Shown here: positions 12,631 to 26,589 of the stretch, piece by piece
Layout: every line of letters begins with the position of its first letter
Position numbering within the stretch: position 1 is the stretch's first letter
Source of the DNA: Octopus sinensis
Taxonomy: Eukaryota
Length of the DNA: 64,000 bases
Assembly: GCF_006345805.1 (NCBI RefSeq)
Contig: NC_043006.1
Coordinates: 102,734,001-102,798,000 of the forward strand
Direction: 5' to 3'
Notes under the pieces: model-generated
Seen by the model: the letters and a program-made list of their open reading frames with translations, nothing else
Told to the model about the DNA's origin: nothing
Database searches by the model: none
Position numbers and translations under genes: made by a program

Positions 12631-12977
12631 TTTGTCACAAATCTGCGATACCCTTCATTTTCTTAATGGAAATCACTGGAGGAATTCTCAGCAAACCTCA
12701 TTTCATCATACGTCTAATGCGCGCTTTGAAAAGGAAAGTAATTTTTTTCAGAAATTACACTTTTACAATATTACTATTTAAACTTCATTTATCTCACATT
12801 TGCATTTCCTTTAACGAGACACGATATTCAAAGCATGACCTCACCGTTTTGCAGAAAAAATCTCGATTTACTTGCGTGTACACACACACACGCGCACGGG
12901 TAATATTGGAACATGTGTAACACATTCACTAGTATATGTTTTACATTATCGTGTATATATATATATATATATACACG

Positions 12978-13017
<40 letters not shown>

Positions 13018-13210
13018 CACATAGACACACAAATATATGCCTGCATATGTATATATGTATAAATATATTACATGGTAAGGCTTCAACAAGTAGAAAAGCA
13101 CTCGAACTGCAAAGAGAATAATGATAATCTTATAATAAAAACCACAAATCTTGTTAAATGCAACTACCCAGGGTTTCTTGGTCGAAATACAAATTTAAGT
13201 TTATGTATAA

Positions 13211-13612
13211 ACTAGCAGTATCGCCCGGCGTTGCTCGGGTTTGTAAGGGAAATAACTATATAAGCATTTTTAGAGAGTTATAGCCAAAAAATAGCAAAAA
13301 ATGCATTAAAAATGGAAAAAAAAAAATGATGGTAATTATTTAAAAAAATCGTTGACTCATCGTAGACATTTTAGAGAGTTACTTTCCTTATTTAATATCG
13401 AAAAAAATGCATTAAAATGGAAAAAAATAATGGTAAATTTTTTTTAAAATCGTAGACTCATCGTAGACGCGCGCTAATACCCAGAAGGGCTCGATATGAA
13501 TCACGACTATAAGATACCCGGTTTTGGTTAAACTGCACCGCAAAATGTGGGAGTAGTTAGGAATCTAAATCGTAGGAGACAGACACACAACTTGACTTTT
13601 ATATATATAAAT
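13211..13612 (+). mobile_element. Non-autonomous Helitron/Helentron-like element
   Basis: 5' ACTAGCAGTATCGCCCGGCGTTGCTCGGGTTTGT shared with 42727; 3' CAGACACACAACTTGACTTTTATATATATA; no TIR/TSD. Termini resemble non-autonomous rolling-circle elements. Confidence 0.5.
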
Positions 13613-13922
13613 ATATGTTTATATATTAAAACCTAAAGATGAAGGGATCAGTTTCGCCATCAGATTGAAAATCCTCTCCGAAACCAGACCTTATATATTC
13701 TATATGCACAAGGCCCTGAAATTATGAGTGAAGTAGAGATAATCGATTATATAGATCCCTGTCCTTATCTGATACTCACTTCATCGAATCACAGAGGATG
13801 CAGAACTTGAACACAGAATGTAAAACATGTGCAAAACGGGCGTACTAACAATTCTGCCAGCTCCTAGCCTAATCGGCTCTCCACGCACATTTACACGCAC
13901 GCACGCACACACACACACACAC

Positions 13923-13977
<55 letters not shown>

Positions 13978-13987
13978 CATGTATATA

Positions 13988-14110
13988 TAGCTGAAATTTA
14001 CAGAAAAACATAAGACGATGACAGGTGTATAAACAACAAACAGGTGTATTAGTTTAACGCTCAGAAAGGTGACACAAGGAAATAAACAGAGAGAATTAAA
14101 AAAAACTTTT
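13988..14110. repeat. Dispersed repeat fragment (internally deleted relative of 28380-28560)
   Basis: GAAATTTACAGAAAAACATAAGACGATGACAGGTGTATAAACAACAAACAGGTGTATTAGTTTAACGCTC aligns with 28385-28455. Confidence 0.75.
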
Positions 14111-14143
14111 GGAGCTATCATGGCGGCTGGCTTGACAGAGGTG

Positions 14144-14183
14144 GAATCTAATTTTCATTGCCTAGGCAATGAAAATTAGATTC
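14144..14183. repeat. Perfect 40-bp palindrome without spacer
   Basis: GAATCTAATTTTCATTGCCT|AGGCAATGAAAATTAGATTC. Confidence 0.97.
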
Positions 14184-14594
14184 ACTTTTGACCATAGGCT
14201 GAAACAGCTGTAAGAAGTAATTTTAGGATTTCATTAATTTATAGTATGACTTTTAAAATCTGTATTTCTATTATTATCTTATCTATTGATTTATATAATA
14301 TTTTGTATGCTTTGATGTTCTCATTTGTAAAATGAATAAATAATCCAACATTATAATATCCGTAAGTTGATGAACAAATTAATTAGTTTTTCCATTTTCT
14401 TATTTGTATTATAAATTTACGGTAAAAATATTTCTTTACCTTCACCCGTTTAATACAATAAATGAATTGAATTTCAATTAAAAACATTTATGTATTAAGA
14501 ATTTGGGTACTTTACCAACAGTATATTGATAAATGATATTCCATAGTTGGTTACACCCATAAGCCCTATCTTACTTTGTACTATATATAAATAT

Positions 14595-14870
14595 GGAGGC
14601 GCAATGACCCAGTGGTTAGGGCAGCGGTCGTAGGATCGCGGTTTCGATTCCCAGACCGAGCGTTGTAAGTGTTTATTGAATGAAAACACCTAAAGCTGCA
14701 CGACGCTCCAGCAGGGGGTGGTGATGATCCTTGCTGTACTCTTTCGCCACAACTTTCTCTCACTCTTTCTTCTGTTGGCCAGCTCGCTTAGCCAAGCGGG
14801 GTGGCGTCATTTGAAGGCTAAAACAATGCAACATCTGAGAGCATGGTCGGTCATGGTGATCACAGTGATA
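14595..14870 (+). mobile_element. SINE family A with tail type 3
   Basis: Head GGAGGCGCAATGACCCAGTGGTTAGGGC and body as at 31072; diverges after CTCTTTCTTCTGTT into a different 3' region. Confidence 0.8.
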
Positions 14871-16022
14871 TATGTATATGTGTTTGTGCGTCTATACATT
14901 TACACATAATACATACATACAGTCATACATACATAAATATGTATTTCTATATGTATGTGTATAAAAGCATTTACAATCATTAATATGAAGGTCGAAGCAT
15001 ATTTGCAGTTAAACACTCACACATACATACGTTGATACGCCTGCGCAAGAACACATTGATATATATTTATGATATTATTAGTAATAATCTTTGTTTTTAA
15101 GTCAAAGAGGAAGGTAGTTGTTATCGCCTTTGCAGAACCTTCTAGATTGTGGAATTTGATATTTTTCCCTACATCGGCGTCAATCGTGACTTATGAATTC
15201 AAACATTCCGTTTATTATTGACTTGTTGCACAACTTACGATTCCACCGAACATTCACTGGCTAGGAGAACGATAACATCAAATACAATATAGAGACATTA
15301 TCCAACATGTCATCTTCCAAGAGAATTGTTTATGGTATTCGAGGGATATTTCACTTCTATGTCCAACAGGTCGAGCGATACATAGAGGTTCTGTTTTCAG
15401 TAAATGGCAACTTTCTGTTCAGATTGACTTTCAACAATATGGCGGAGAAAAACAGGTCCAGGGAGAAGTGAGCATGCAAAATGCAAATATGTGAGGATTT
15501 TACTTTATGTAGTATTGTAAACTGAAAAACTCGTAGGATCAACTCAGATTACCCAAGTAATCAGCAGATAAAACTTCCTCTGGTGATGTAACCCCTTCTG
15601 TAAACGCAAATAGGGGGTTTTTGTGCTATTTTAAAAATTCCTTTGATAAACTCAATTCAGGGACAGATTATCGGTTTATTATATTACAATGCACGCGCAT
15701 GACTGTGTAATTAAGAAATGCGTGTGTGCGTGTGTGTATGTATATGTATGTATAACACGCAAATCATACATATACTCGTAAACGTATAAAAGTCTGTGCG
15801 TGTGTATGCGTGTCTATGAGTTTCTGTGGTCAATACAATGGAAATTAAACTTACTTGATTAATATAGAAAGCCCGAATGATTTATTTATAAATGGAATCT
15901 GAAAGAAAATAAATTGAATACCAAAGTTTAGTGCTTATACATACATACATATATATATACATCTACATGTGTAGATGAAAATATTCATGCATGTATGTAT
16001 GTATGGACGTATGTATGTATGT

Positions 16023-16102
<80 letters not shown>

Positions 16103-16489
16103 ATATGTATGTATATGTATGTATTTGAATTAAAGATAAATCAAATTGACAATCGATGATATTTTGTTTCAAATACATTCGCTATAATTATATATATGCA
16201 TGTATATATGTATGTGTTTCTGCGTGCGTGCGTATGTGTGTGTGTGTGTGTATGTGTGTGTGTTTGTGTACTACAATCGGTGACGTTAAATGAAACTGAA
16301 AGGCTATATATATATATATATATATATATGGATGTATCTATGTACTTTTTTCTCTTCTCTCAGTTTCATTTAACGTCACCGACCGTTACACACTCCTTCC
16401 TCTTATCAATCTCCTACTTCCTGCGTGACTGCGAACGAAAACACATTACAAATTATTATTTCTGTACATATATAAATATATATTGTTTT

Positions 16490-16990
16490 CTACTCTAGGC
16501 ACAAAGCCCGAAATGTTTGGTGAAGGGGCCAGTCGGTTATATCGACTCCAGTACGCAACTGGTACTTATTTAATCGACTCCGAAAGGATGAAAGGCAAAG
16601 TCGACATCGGTGGAATTTGAGTGCAGAACGTAGCGGCAGACGAAATACCTATTTCTTTACTACCCACAAGGAGCTAAACATAGAGGGGACAAACAAGGAC
16701 AGACAAACGGATTAAGTCGATTATATCAACCCCAGTGCGTAACTGGTACTTAATTTATCGACTGCTAAAGGATGAAAGGCAAAGTCGACCTCGGCGGAAT
16801 TTGGCAACCGGTATTGTGTTTACTTCCACGTAACTTAGCGGTTCGGCAAAAGACATTAATAGAATTAATACTAGGCTTAAAAAGGGTAAGACTAAGTCCT
16901 GGGGTCGATTTCTTCGACTAAAAAAACCTTTAAGGCAGTGCTGCAGCATGGTCGCAGTCAAATGACTGAAACCAATAAAAGAATAAAAGA
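16490..16990. mobile_element. Dimeric SINE C fragment fused to a SINE B 3' half
   Basis: SINE C core repeated twice (16560 and 16740), then the SINE B tail from ~16805. Confidence 0.8.
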
Positions 16991-17442
16991 ATATATTTGT
17001 ATAGAACGGCGTTGAAGAAATTTGCTCAGAGGGTTTAGTCGCCAAGAGGCTAGAATGGACTACACTTGGCCAAGGTGCTACGCAGTGGGACTGAACCCGA
17101 ATCCATGTGGTTAAGATCCATGTACGCTAATAGGGGAGGGGGGTCTTGGTAAGTTGTGTGGTTCATTCTATAGAGGATCCGTGTTTGTTGTTCTGTCGTA
17201 CGTGTATGTGTGAATGTGTGTGAGTGAATGTCTGCTCCCCTGTGTGTTTGTGAGTGTACGAATAGGTGTATGCGTATGTGTGCGTGTTTGTGTGAATATG
17301 TGAGTGTATGTATCTGTGAGAAAGAGAGAGAAAGAGGGGGAGTGAATGAGGCATTGATTGGGTATGCGTGTATATGTGTCTGGACGCATGTGTGTGAGTG
17401 TAGTAGTGTGGGTATGAGCATATGTGTGTGTGTATGTGTGTT

Positions 17443-17483
<41 letters not shown>

Positions 17484-17530
17484 TTAATATCATTCGGTTT
17501 TGAAATATATATACCTTTCTTTAATTATTC

Positions 17531-17927
17531 TTTTCTACTCCAGGCACAAGGCCTGAAATTTTGAGAGAGGGGGCCAGTTGATTAGATCGACCCCAGTATG
17601 CAACTGGTACTTAGTTTATCGACCCCGAAAGGATGAAAGGCAAAGTCGACCTTGGCGGAATTTGAACTCAGAACGTAGGGGCAGACGAAATACCTATTTC
17701 TTTAATACCCACAAGTGGCTAAACATAGAGGGGACAAACAAGGACAGACAAACGGATTAAGTCGATTATATCGACCCCAGTGCATTACTGGTACTTTATT
17801 TATTGACCCTGAAAGGATGAAAGGCAAAGTCGACCTCGGCGGAATTTGAACTCAGAACGTAGCGGCAGATGAAATACTGCTAAGCATTTCGCCCGGCGTG
17901 CTAACGTTTCTGCCAGCTCGCCGCCTT
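17531..17927 (-). mobile_element. Dimeric SINE family C, full length
   Basis: Two tandem core modules with different tails; head at 17870-17927. Confidence 0.9.
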
Positions 17928-19009
17928 ACCTTGCTTCAATTATTGTTGTTACTTAGCCACAGGTCAGCTCTAATTAAACCGATTTATAAATCATTGCTGC
18001 AGCTATGACTGCTTTAATTATGCTGCAGACCTGCCAAAGGACGCTGGTGTTATTCCTTTCTCCACATCCAGAAAAAAGGAAGAGAAAGAAGAAAAAAGAA
18101 CGAAAGAAAATGAAACTGGTCCTACATTATCAATTGTCCCCATCTTATCCCTAATATTTAAATGGTAGAATTCAATTTCGGGGAGATTCAACTGGTCTTT
18201 TTAGGGGGCCGAGTGGCAGGACGTGGTCCGTACTTTAGTTCATGGTCGTTATAAGAGATTATCTAATGTCGGAAACCGCTAGTACACAGACATTCTGTCC
18301 TTATTTGTTGGTCATGTGTAATAGCTATGTATTGTCTATTTTCATAAATCCACAGTAAACTAAACTCCAGACATACCGTGGCTTCTGTAATGTTTGTTTA
18401 GGAGTGAACAAATAGCACCGAGATAACTGGTTGTGCGTTGCCATTCTAACTGGTTGTGTGTACGCAGGACTGAACGCCTGCCGTCGAGCGGTATTTCGTT
18501 GGAATGGATCGAATATCTCTCGATTGTTGGCATCGAATAATTGTGGACGTTTTATTGCCGCCATGAAACTGGTGGCTTTTTCTTCTTCTCAAGTAGATTG
18601 TTGACATTTCATTGGCACCAAGTGACTGTCGGTATTTCGCTGGCGTAAAACCGACTGTTTATTGGCACAGAACAAATGTCTTAGACATTTGTTCTGTGTA
18701 GAAGCATTGTTCTCCACTACTTCGTTAATATCAAACGGCTTCAGTTTATTTCAGTAAACTATTGGTTTTACCAACAGTGCAGAGCTATTTGTAGAAAAGT
18801 ACTCTACTCGACTGAATAATTTCACAATACATATATAATAACTATTTTATGCCAACATCAGCGGGATTCGAACTCAGCACCTAGAGAAAAAAAGAACATC
18901 AGGCGGCATTTAGTTCAGTGCTTTATCGCTTTCAGCATTTTGCTGCCCTTGTTTCCTGCGGCATCATTTTGGTTTTTCTCATATTGATTTCAAATTTTGG
19001 TACATAACC

Positions 19010-19172
19010 ATTAATTTCAGGGGAGATAAGTTGATTACATCGATCTCAGCTTTCAGTTGGTACTTATTGTATGGACCTCGAAAGGATGAAAGGCAAAGTC
19101 GATCTTGGCGGAATTTGAACTCAGAATATAAAGACGGACGAAATACCAATTTCTTTATTGCCCACAATGCAC
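19010..19172 (-). mobile_element. SINE C segment interrupted by the LINE; matching head at 22165-22222
   Basis: Core plus start of the second module at 19010-19172; GAAATAACGCTGAGCATTTTGCC...CGCCGCTT at 22165-22222. Confidence 0.7.
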
Positions 19173-19199
19173 AGAACAACTCATGAGATCAGTAAAGCG

Positions 19200-20466
19200 T
19201 TATGATTTTACATATAATGTGACTTGCCGAGAGACACGGCAACCCGGCATGAAAGTCCTCGAGGGCTTTCCCACCACCAAGGCAGCGTCACCCCCGAATA
19301 GCTCCCGAAAGGCCTCACATATGTTCTCGGGTTCGTTTACCAAGACACCATTTTGATTCGTCAAAGACTGAATAGTGGAACTATTTCTTTGCCGAGCTTC
19401 CACCACCCGGGCCCATCCAGCAGCCTTGATTCATTCACTTCCCATTGCACGTAACTTAGCATTGGCAATACTTCCCATGTGTTAGGCTTCAAGATGCTGG
19501 TTTAACTCCAGTTTTCACCCTCGCATTACCAGTCCTCCAGGCTTCTTCTAGTTCCTTAACTAGACCATCTCCTATTCTACGCCCCTTCTTAGCTAAACTT
19601 ATGCTAAACCTAATAGACTCATATTTGATGGCTTTTTTTTAGGGTGTACCACCATTTGTTATTAATGATGGTACCTGTTAATGCCCTCTATATTAACATC
19701 TTGATCCGTTTTCTGTACTCCTCAGTCGCCAAAAGGGACGTATTGAGTTTCCAGTAGCCAGATCCCTGACTATGCAACTTATCTACCGTCAGGTTACAAG
19801 TAACCATCTTGTGGTCAGTGTAGCAGACCAGAAAAAAACTGTGGACACTCGGCTATGGACTTATCTGTTTCTTTAATTAAAATCCTATCTAGATATATTC
19901 TGGAAGACCTGTCACTATTTGATCACGTCCACTGTGGAGTGTTCGGGTGTTCCAACCTATATGGATCGGCAAGCTGAAATTGACTTAGCAGATCCCGTAA
20001 GCCTGGGTTACAATCTGTATGTGCTTCACATATTGTATTAAAGTCTCCTAGCAATACTAGCGAATGCGACGTGGCTAGGAACTTGCCCAGGTCACGAAAA
20101 TATTCACTTTGCGGGCCCATAATTTTGGGTGCATAAATAGCAACTAGCTTGATTATCTTGCCACAACTGAATGTCAGGTCAAGAACGACCAACCTGCATT
20201 CTGGGTCAGAAAAAAAAACAACTTTTTCTCGGCTATCCGGTTTCTTTTTAGTAGGACCAACACCCCACCCCACCTCCCGCCCGACTCGGAGAAACGTATT
20301 TCTCGTAGCCGTTCAGGAGGGGGATCAGATCTCTTGGCCCCTTCACCCGGGTTTCTGTTGCAACAATTATATCCAAATTTCTCGACCTGATGTCATTTAG
20401 GAAGCGCCCTTGCTTCCAACTCCATATCAGGCCACGAACATTTACACAACCAATGTGAATAGACAT
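19200..20466 (-). pseudogene. Tx1/L1 ORF2 N-terminal APE endonuclease remnant
   Basis: ORFs 20248-20466, 19923-20273 and 19200-19406 carry canonical APE motifs. Confidence 0.88.
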
Positions 20467-20476
20467 GATTTACCTG

Positions 20477-21765
20477 TTAATCAGGACTGTGCGGTGAAGA
20501 GGATCCCTCCACCTTTTCTTGATACAGGGTCGGAGGTGGCCGGTCTTGGGAAATAGATTTGTTAAAATCCCATCTCATTATCGACACAGAATTATCAGGT
20601 GGAGGGGGAGTCTCCACCTTTTCCTTTTCTCGCGGGATCGGGGCTGGTAATCCATGAAATATAGAATTATTAAAGTCCAATCTCATTGATGATACTGTCT
20701 TACGGTATTTGTTCTGTAAAATTCTATGAGTCTTATTTGAGACTTCATACACGTCATAATTGGTAAATTTCTCCGAAGGGCTATTTATTTTTTTGCAGTT
20801 TAATCAAGTGAATGTCTCTCATTAGCTCAGTATCTTTAGTGTATACGGCTATTTTGCCTTTTTCCTCTTTTTCTCTTCTGGCAGTCTTTTTTGGTCGTTG
20901 TTCAGTAGTAGACGCCGCTCTCGGTTGAGTTGTTGATTGTATTTTCCTTTTGTTTTTTGTTTTCTTCTCATCTTTTTCTTCTTTTTCTTCTTCCTCCTTT
21001 TCATTTTTCTCCTCTTTCTCCTCTTCCTCATTTTCCTTGCAGTTACTTCGAATGTGGCCTAATTGACCACATAAAAAACATTCGGCCCTCAACAAATACC
21101 ATGAGGGTCTCTTCCCCTATCTCAATTGTCTCGGGAATTGCTTCAATTATTTTAGGGTCAGTCTGAATGAGGAGACTAACTGTTTGACCAGTCCAGTTAG
21201 CGTTTTCGGTAGCGGCAACCTGGAGGAGAGTCATTTTCTCTTCCTGTTTGATTAGGACTGCCGCCAACAACCACATAGGATCCACTTCCGGTGGGACCCT
21301 TGTGATTTTAATCCTGGATGTTCTCATCCTCATATAGGTGGGGATCAGCGATTCTACTGAATGTTTCTATGCAATTTCTTTGTTGGTAAACCTTACTTCC
21401 ACCGTTCCGAATTTCTTGCCTCTTGTCAGATAAACCACGTCGCTCCAGATTGGCTTCAGGCACTTCTCTATCTTCTCTTCTGTAATTTTCTCAATTTTTC
21501 TTTTTTGAAAACAGTAAGTTTTGAAAATTATCGTTTTCCGTTTTTCTTCTAATAGTAATTTCTCTGCTGGTTGAATTTTAACCACGTTATCATTTATTTG
21601 CATCATTTCACTGTATTTCATGAAATCACACTTATTCGTCGAAAGCAGCCGGGTTCCACCCCCAGCTGCCAACGCAAAACATTTTTTTTCTTTTTTCGGT
21701 TGTTCAGTTTGGATGCTAGGTGCATCAGTTACTCTTTTGGACACAATACCTTTGTTTTTTGGCAA
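20477..21765 (-). pseudogene. Tx1/L1 ORF1 remnant (CCHC knuckle, E/K-rich tract)
   Basis: ORF-track pieces 21367-21765, 21043-21333, 20781-21095 and 20477-20752 are colinear parts of one disrupted frame. Confidence 0.8.
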
Positions 21766-22777
21766 ACTCGGGAATTATTCTAGTAAAAGTTCTGATGAAC
21801 TTTCAGACATCTCCAAATAACTCATACATTTTGTCATTTTTTTGCAACGGGGGAATCCATTATTTCTTTGTTCGTAGTTGGCTCCTCGCCAGAAAACATG
21901 TAATTTTTCCTTTCAACAGGAGAAACAAACATTTCTGTTCCAACGGTGGGCTCCTCACAAGACGACATTCTTCCCTTCAACGGAGGAATGCTTTCTACAG
22001 GCACTTAGTATTTTCAAATGAAAACTCCAACGGTTAAGAAATTCAACAATTTAACAAGAAACAGCAATTATTAGAAACAACATTTATTAGCAATATTAAC
22101 ACCAAGAAACAGTAATTTTCACCACGAACACAAGTGTGACGCGTAAGAAACAAAAGAGATGAAGGAAATAACGCTGAGCATTTTGCCTGGTCTGCTAACG
22201 ATTCTGTCAGATCGCCGCTTTATGTTTTTTTTCTTATATTGACACAAAGTTTCATAGTGAAGTCGTTATTTAATTTGTTTAGTGAGGAAGAAAGGGCGTG
22301 CCCATCACCATTTACTGGACCATTGAAACTGGTGTAATAATTGGAGGAAGGTATTCGTAACCAGGCGAATTGTGCTGAATGCTTGCAAGGGAGTGCACTC
22401 TGCTAAAGACACTCAAGGACCAGGTAGTGGTGTTAAAGCGGGTCATGGACTAAGTCTAACGTCTTAAAAGGTATAATCAATTAAAACGAACCATGAAGAT
22501 TAATGGTGTTTAATTAATCAAGTGATGGCAGATATGCAAATACAAATAACTACAGTGAGTCTTGAACTCAGAACGCAAAGGGATACGATCAAATATTATA
22601 GAGTATTTTAGCTCAGTTCTCCACCCTTTACTGTTAACATATTTGTTTCTTCTCGCTGAATACGCCGTTTTATGTTTGTTTCCAATATGTAATTCCTAAA
22701 TAGTATTAACTGAAGTGGCAGTACCTGTAGATATTTCACGGTTATTTAAAACTGTTGGATGCTTATGGGGAATCATG

Positions 22778-23197
22778 GGATCTTTTCGGTTTGAACGGCA
22801 GTTTTTAACATAATTTCTAGGTAACTAAAACATTTAAAACTTCGTATACTGGTAGAATGTGTTTATAAAACATCTTTTTCTCTTGGCTTTATTGAAAAAC
22901 TTCTATAGTTTGTACGATATTTGTTGTTTTTTTCTTCAATTTCTGCAATTTCAACCAATCAGTGACGTCTATTGAGTTAAAAAGCATTCTGTGCCGTATG
23001 AATATGTCCCTCGTTTAAGAAACAGATTGGGTTTATTTACATTTGTGAAGAAAAAATATACCCTTCCCCCACCCCTAACTCTAACCCTAACCCTAAAAGA
23101 AATTGAAATGCAATAGATCGATACTAGGGTCATAATTATGGGTGACAATTTCATATAACACCGCTAGAAAAAACTGCCGTTCAAACCGAAAAGATCC
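22778..23197. mobile_element. Second copy of the GGATC-TIR MITE
   Basis: Colinear with 10764-11177, both TIRs present, no TSD visible. Confidence 0.9.
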
Positions 23198-23512
23198 TTC
23201 TTTGTCATCTACCTCGAGAAATGTTATTTATTATTTCTATTGATGCTTCAAGACAAAACTCATTATAGATAAAGCTACATACAATTGCCTGTGAAGAATA
23301 TTGTTTCACTGTTCTAAGTCTTCCCTTTGTCACCGTGTTATTAGAATTATTGAAAATCTCTTGAAAGATTATAGATGCACTGTCTTTGATATCTTTCCAT
23401 AGTTACGATTGCTTAAACTATTTGCTACAGCATATATCATTGTATGTAGCAAATATTTTAAACAATCTTAACTATGAAAAGAAACCACAAGCATAATGTT
23501 ATTACTATTATT

Positions 23513-23743
23513 AAGGCGGCGAGCAGGCAGAAACGTTAGCAAGCCGGGCGAAATGCGTAGCCGTATTTCGTCTGCCGTTACGTTCTGAGTTTCAAATATC
23601 GCCGAGGTCGACTTTGCCTTTCATCCTTTTGGGGTCGATAAATTAAGTACCAGCTACGCACTGGGATCGATATAATCGACTTAATCCCTTTGTCTGTCCT
23701 TGTTTATCCTCTGTGTTTAGCCCTTTGTGAGTAGTAAAGAAAT
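23513..23743 (+). mobile_element. SINE family C monomer
   Basis: AAGGCGGCGAGCAGGCAGAAACGTTAGC...GTAGTAAAGAAATA. Confidence 0.88.
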
Positions 23744-23815
23744 ATATATGTAACATGCTAATTATTTTCGGTGCTTATGTAGTCGCGAGCAGACAGTGAC
23801 CTTTCGGTGTGTGTA

Positions 23816-23868
<53 letters not shown>

Positions 23869-24314
23869 GAGTGTGTGTGAGAGAGAGAGATAAAAAGAAA
23901 GAGAGAGTGTGTGTGAGAGAGATAGTGAGAGAAACAAATAGAATATGTGTGCATGTGAAAGAGAGAGGGAGAGAGAGAAAGAAAGAGAAAGTGAGAAAGA
24001 TAGATAGATAGAAAGAGTGGGAAAGAATGCTACATCAGCATTTGGCTTCTACTCGTTTCCAACCGAGTCGACTGGTGGAACATGAGACGACGTTTCTCGA
24101 TCAAGGCCGTAATGCAACACACGATCCGGGAATCGAATAACCCAGCGTTTTCATGGTCTTGGGCCCAGCATTTTGACCAGAAAGCCACCAGTGTTTAGGT
24201 ACCCCGTTTCCCGAACGCCACAAAACCACCTGACTTACAGAACGGGGTATCTGGAGGGATTTGCGTGACTACGGAAGTTGTGCGAATACGGAAGATACGT
24301 ATTTTTAAAATTTT

Positions 24315-25180
24315 CACTTGTTTCAGTCATCAGACTGCGGCCGTGCTGGGGCACAAGTTTCACGGGATTAGTCCAAAAAATCGAACCTAGTGATTATCTT
24401 TTTCTAAATCTGGTACTTATTCTATCGGCCTCTTATTGCCGAACCGTTAAGTTACGGGGATGTAAACAAAATAACGACGGTTATCAATATGGAAGACAGA
24501 AACAAAAATCACACACACACACACAGAACGACAAGTTTCTTTCACTTTTCGTCTTTCAAATCCACTGACAAGGATTTGGTCGACCCGGAGCAATAGAAGA
24601 CACTTTGTCAAGGTGCCACGCAGGGAGACCGAACCTGGAAATATGCGGTTGAGGGAGCAATCTTCTTACCACACAGCTACATCTGTGCCTATATTGTTTG
24701 TGTTTCTTTTTCTTGTTTCAATCATTAGACTGCGGCGATGCTGGGGCACGACCTTGAAGAATTTTTGTTGAATGAATCGATCCGGTACTTATTTTCTTTG
24801 TAAAGACAGTACTTATTCTATCAGTCATTTTTGCCGGACCGCAAAGTTACGGAGACGTAAATACACCAGCGCCGGTTGTCAAGCGTTGGTGGGAGACAAA
24901 CACAAACAAAATTACACACGCACACGCAAAATGACACACACACATATATATGTACACACATATATGTATATATACACACACATATATATGTACACACATA
25001 TATGTATATACACACACACGATGGGTTTCTTTCTGTTTCCGTCTACCAAATACACTCAATGCTTTGGTTAGTCCGAGGCTATCATAGAAGATACCTGTGC
25101 AATGTGCTACACAGTAAGACTGAACCCGGAACAATACGGTTGGGGGGAACAAACTTCTAACCTCACCACAACACCTCTGC
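24315..25180 (-). mobile_element. Two tandem diverged SINE B copies
   Basis: Tail-to-head copies at ~24315-24690 and ~24705-25180, each with an internal CA/TA tract. Confidence 0.8.
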
Positions 25181-25517
25181 ACTTATTGTTAACATAATCT
25201 CAAGCTGATCAGATACATCCAAATAATATTTAATGTAAAATCTAGAGTTAGTTGGTAAAGCAGGCTGGAGATCACATCGGCTAAAATGGAAATACTTTAT
25301 TTCGGTTTCAATAATCTCTTGTAAAGACTTATCTGAGTTTAGTGAACGCCAATTTGAGAAACATAAATATCTCCAAGAGAATTCTCCACTGTCATCGATT
25401 GCAAACTTACAATTCCCGTGATTAACTTCTGGTTTATCAGGTTTTCATATCTTATTTTGTCTTTCTAGGTTATTAAAATACAAGCAGACACTCCTCCTGT
25501 CTTGCACACACAAATAC

Positions 25518-25680
<163 letters not shown>

Positions 25681-25878
25681 TTTCTCAATATATATACTTA
25701 CACTCATATGCGTGTGTATGCGATATATATGTACACACACACATATATATTTGCAGATATAATATATATATATATATAAATATATGACTATATGTATATA
25801 ACAATTTAACTATTTATTTGTGTATGCATATTTATATGTATCTATATTTACGTACATTTTTACTAATATGTGTGTGTG

Positions 25879-25943
<65 letters not shown>

Positions 25944-26201
25944 TATGTGTGCGTGCGTGTGCGTGCATGTGTGTGTGTACACGTATGTGTTATGTGTGCT
26001 GTATGTACGTATATATTCGCATATGCGTATTTATATGCGTATATATATATATATATCACACATATATATTATAGGAGAGTTATTTTAGACACTCAAGAAG
26101 AGACAAAAATCTATTAACATTATCTCTCTTATATTTCCTACTAGTAACTATGTACCATAAAATGTAAAAACATTAGTCGTTTTGCCACACTATTGGTATG
26201 T

Positions 26202-26519
26202 AAAACGATAAACTTCGCTCTTTTCAAGCCTAGCCAGGCTCATGAACCCAGTTTCCCGGTTTCTGTGGCGTATGTGTTCCCCCCAGCTGGATGGGACGCC
26301 AGTCCATCGCAGCGTTACTCAAGAAACAGGAAGAGAGAGAGAGTGAGAGAACGCTGGGGCGAAAGAGTACAACAGGGGTCGTCACCACCCCATGCCGGAG
26401 CCTCGTGGGAGCTTTTAAGTATTTTCGCTCAATAAACACACACAACGCCCGGTCTGGGAATCGAAACCGTGATCCTCCAACCGCGAGTCCGCTGCCCTTA
26501 CCACTGGGCCATTGCGCCT
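26202..26519 (-). mobile_element. SINE family A with tail type 2 and 17-bp TSD
   Basis: TSD CCACACTATTGGTATGT at 26185-26201 and 26520-26536; tail GCTGCGATGGACTGGCGTCCCATCCAG. Confidence 0.9.
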
Positions 26520-26589
26520 CCACACTATTGGTATGTTGTCACTAACAATTCCATTACATCTTAAATATTCACACGCATGCATACATAAA

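Larger units (their letters stand above)
19176..22135 (-). mobile_element. L1/Tx1-clade LINE, 5' portion (5'UTR, ORF1, APE endonuclease and linker), no RT domain
   Basis: Broken ORF1 at 21765-20477 with zinc knuckle CFLCGQLGHIRSNC. ORF2 from 20466 with APE motifs GCVNVRGL, IIVATET, LVAIYAP, LLGDFN, YLDRILI and SDHKMV. Linker IQSLTNQNGVLVNEPENICEAF, then truncation. Confidence 0.9.

Noticed and set aside
15270-15500. ~68-codon open frame on the plus strand
   Set aside because: No homology recognised and weak splice signals.
18325-18660. 79-aa ORF in GC-richer unique sequence
   Set aside because: No recognisable domain or splice signals; a repeated CGGTATTTCG suggests a TE subterminal region, but no TIR was found.
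24320-24335. Minus-strand CTGATGA-CT-GAAAC
   Set aside because: No stem II or stem I; a chance variant of the SINE B end AAATGACTGAAAC.
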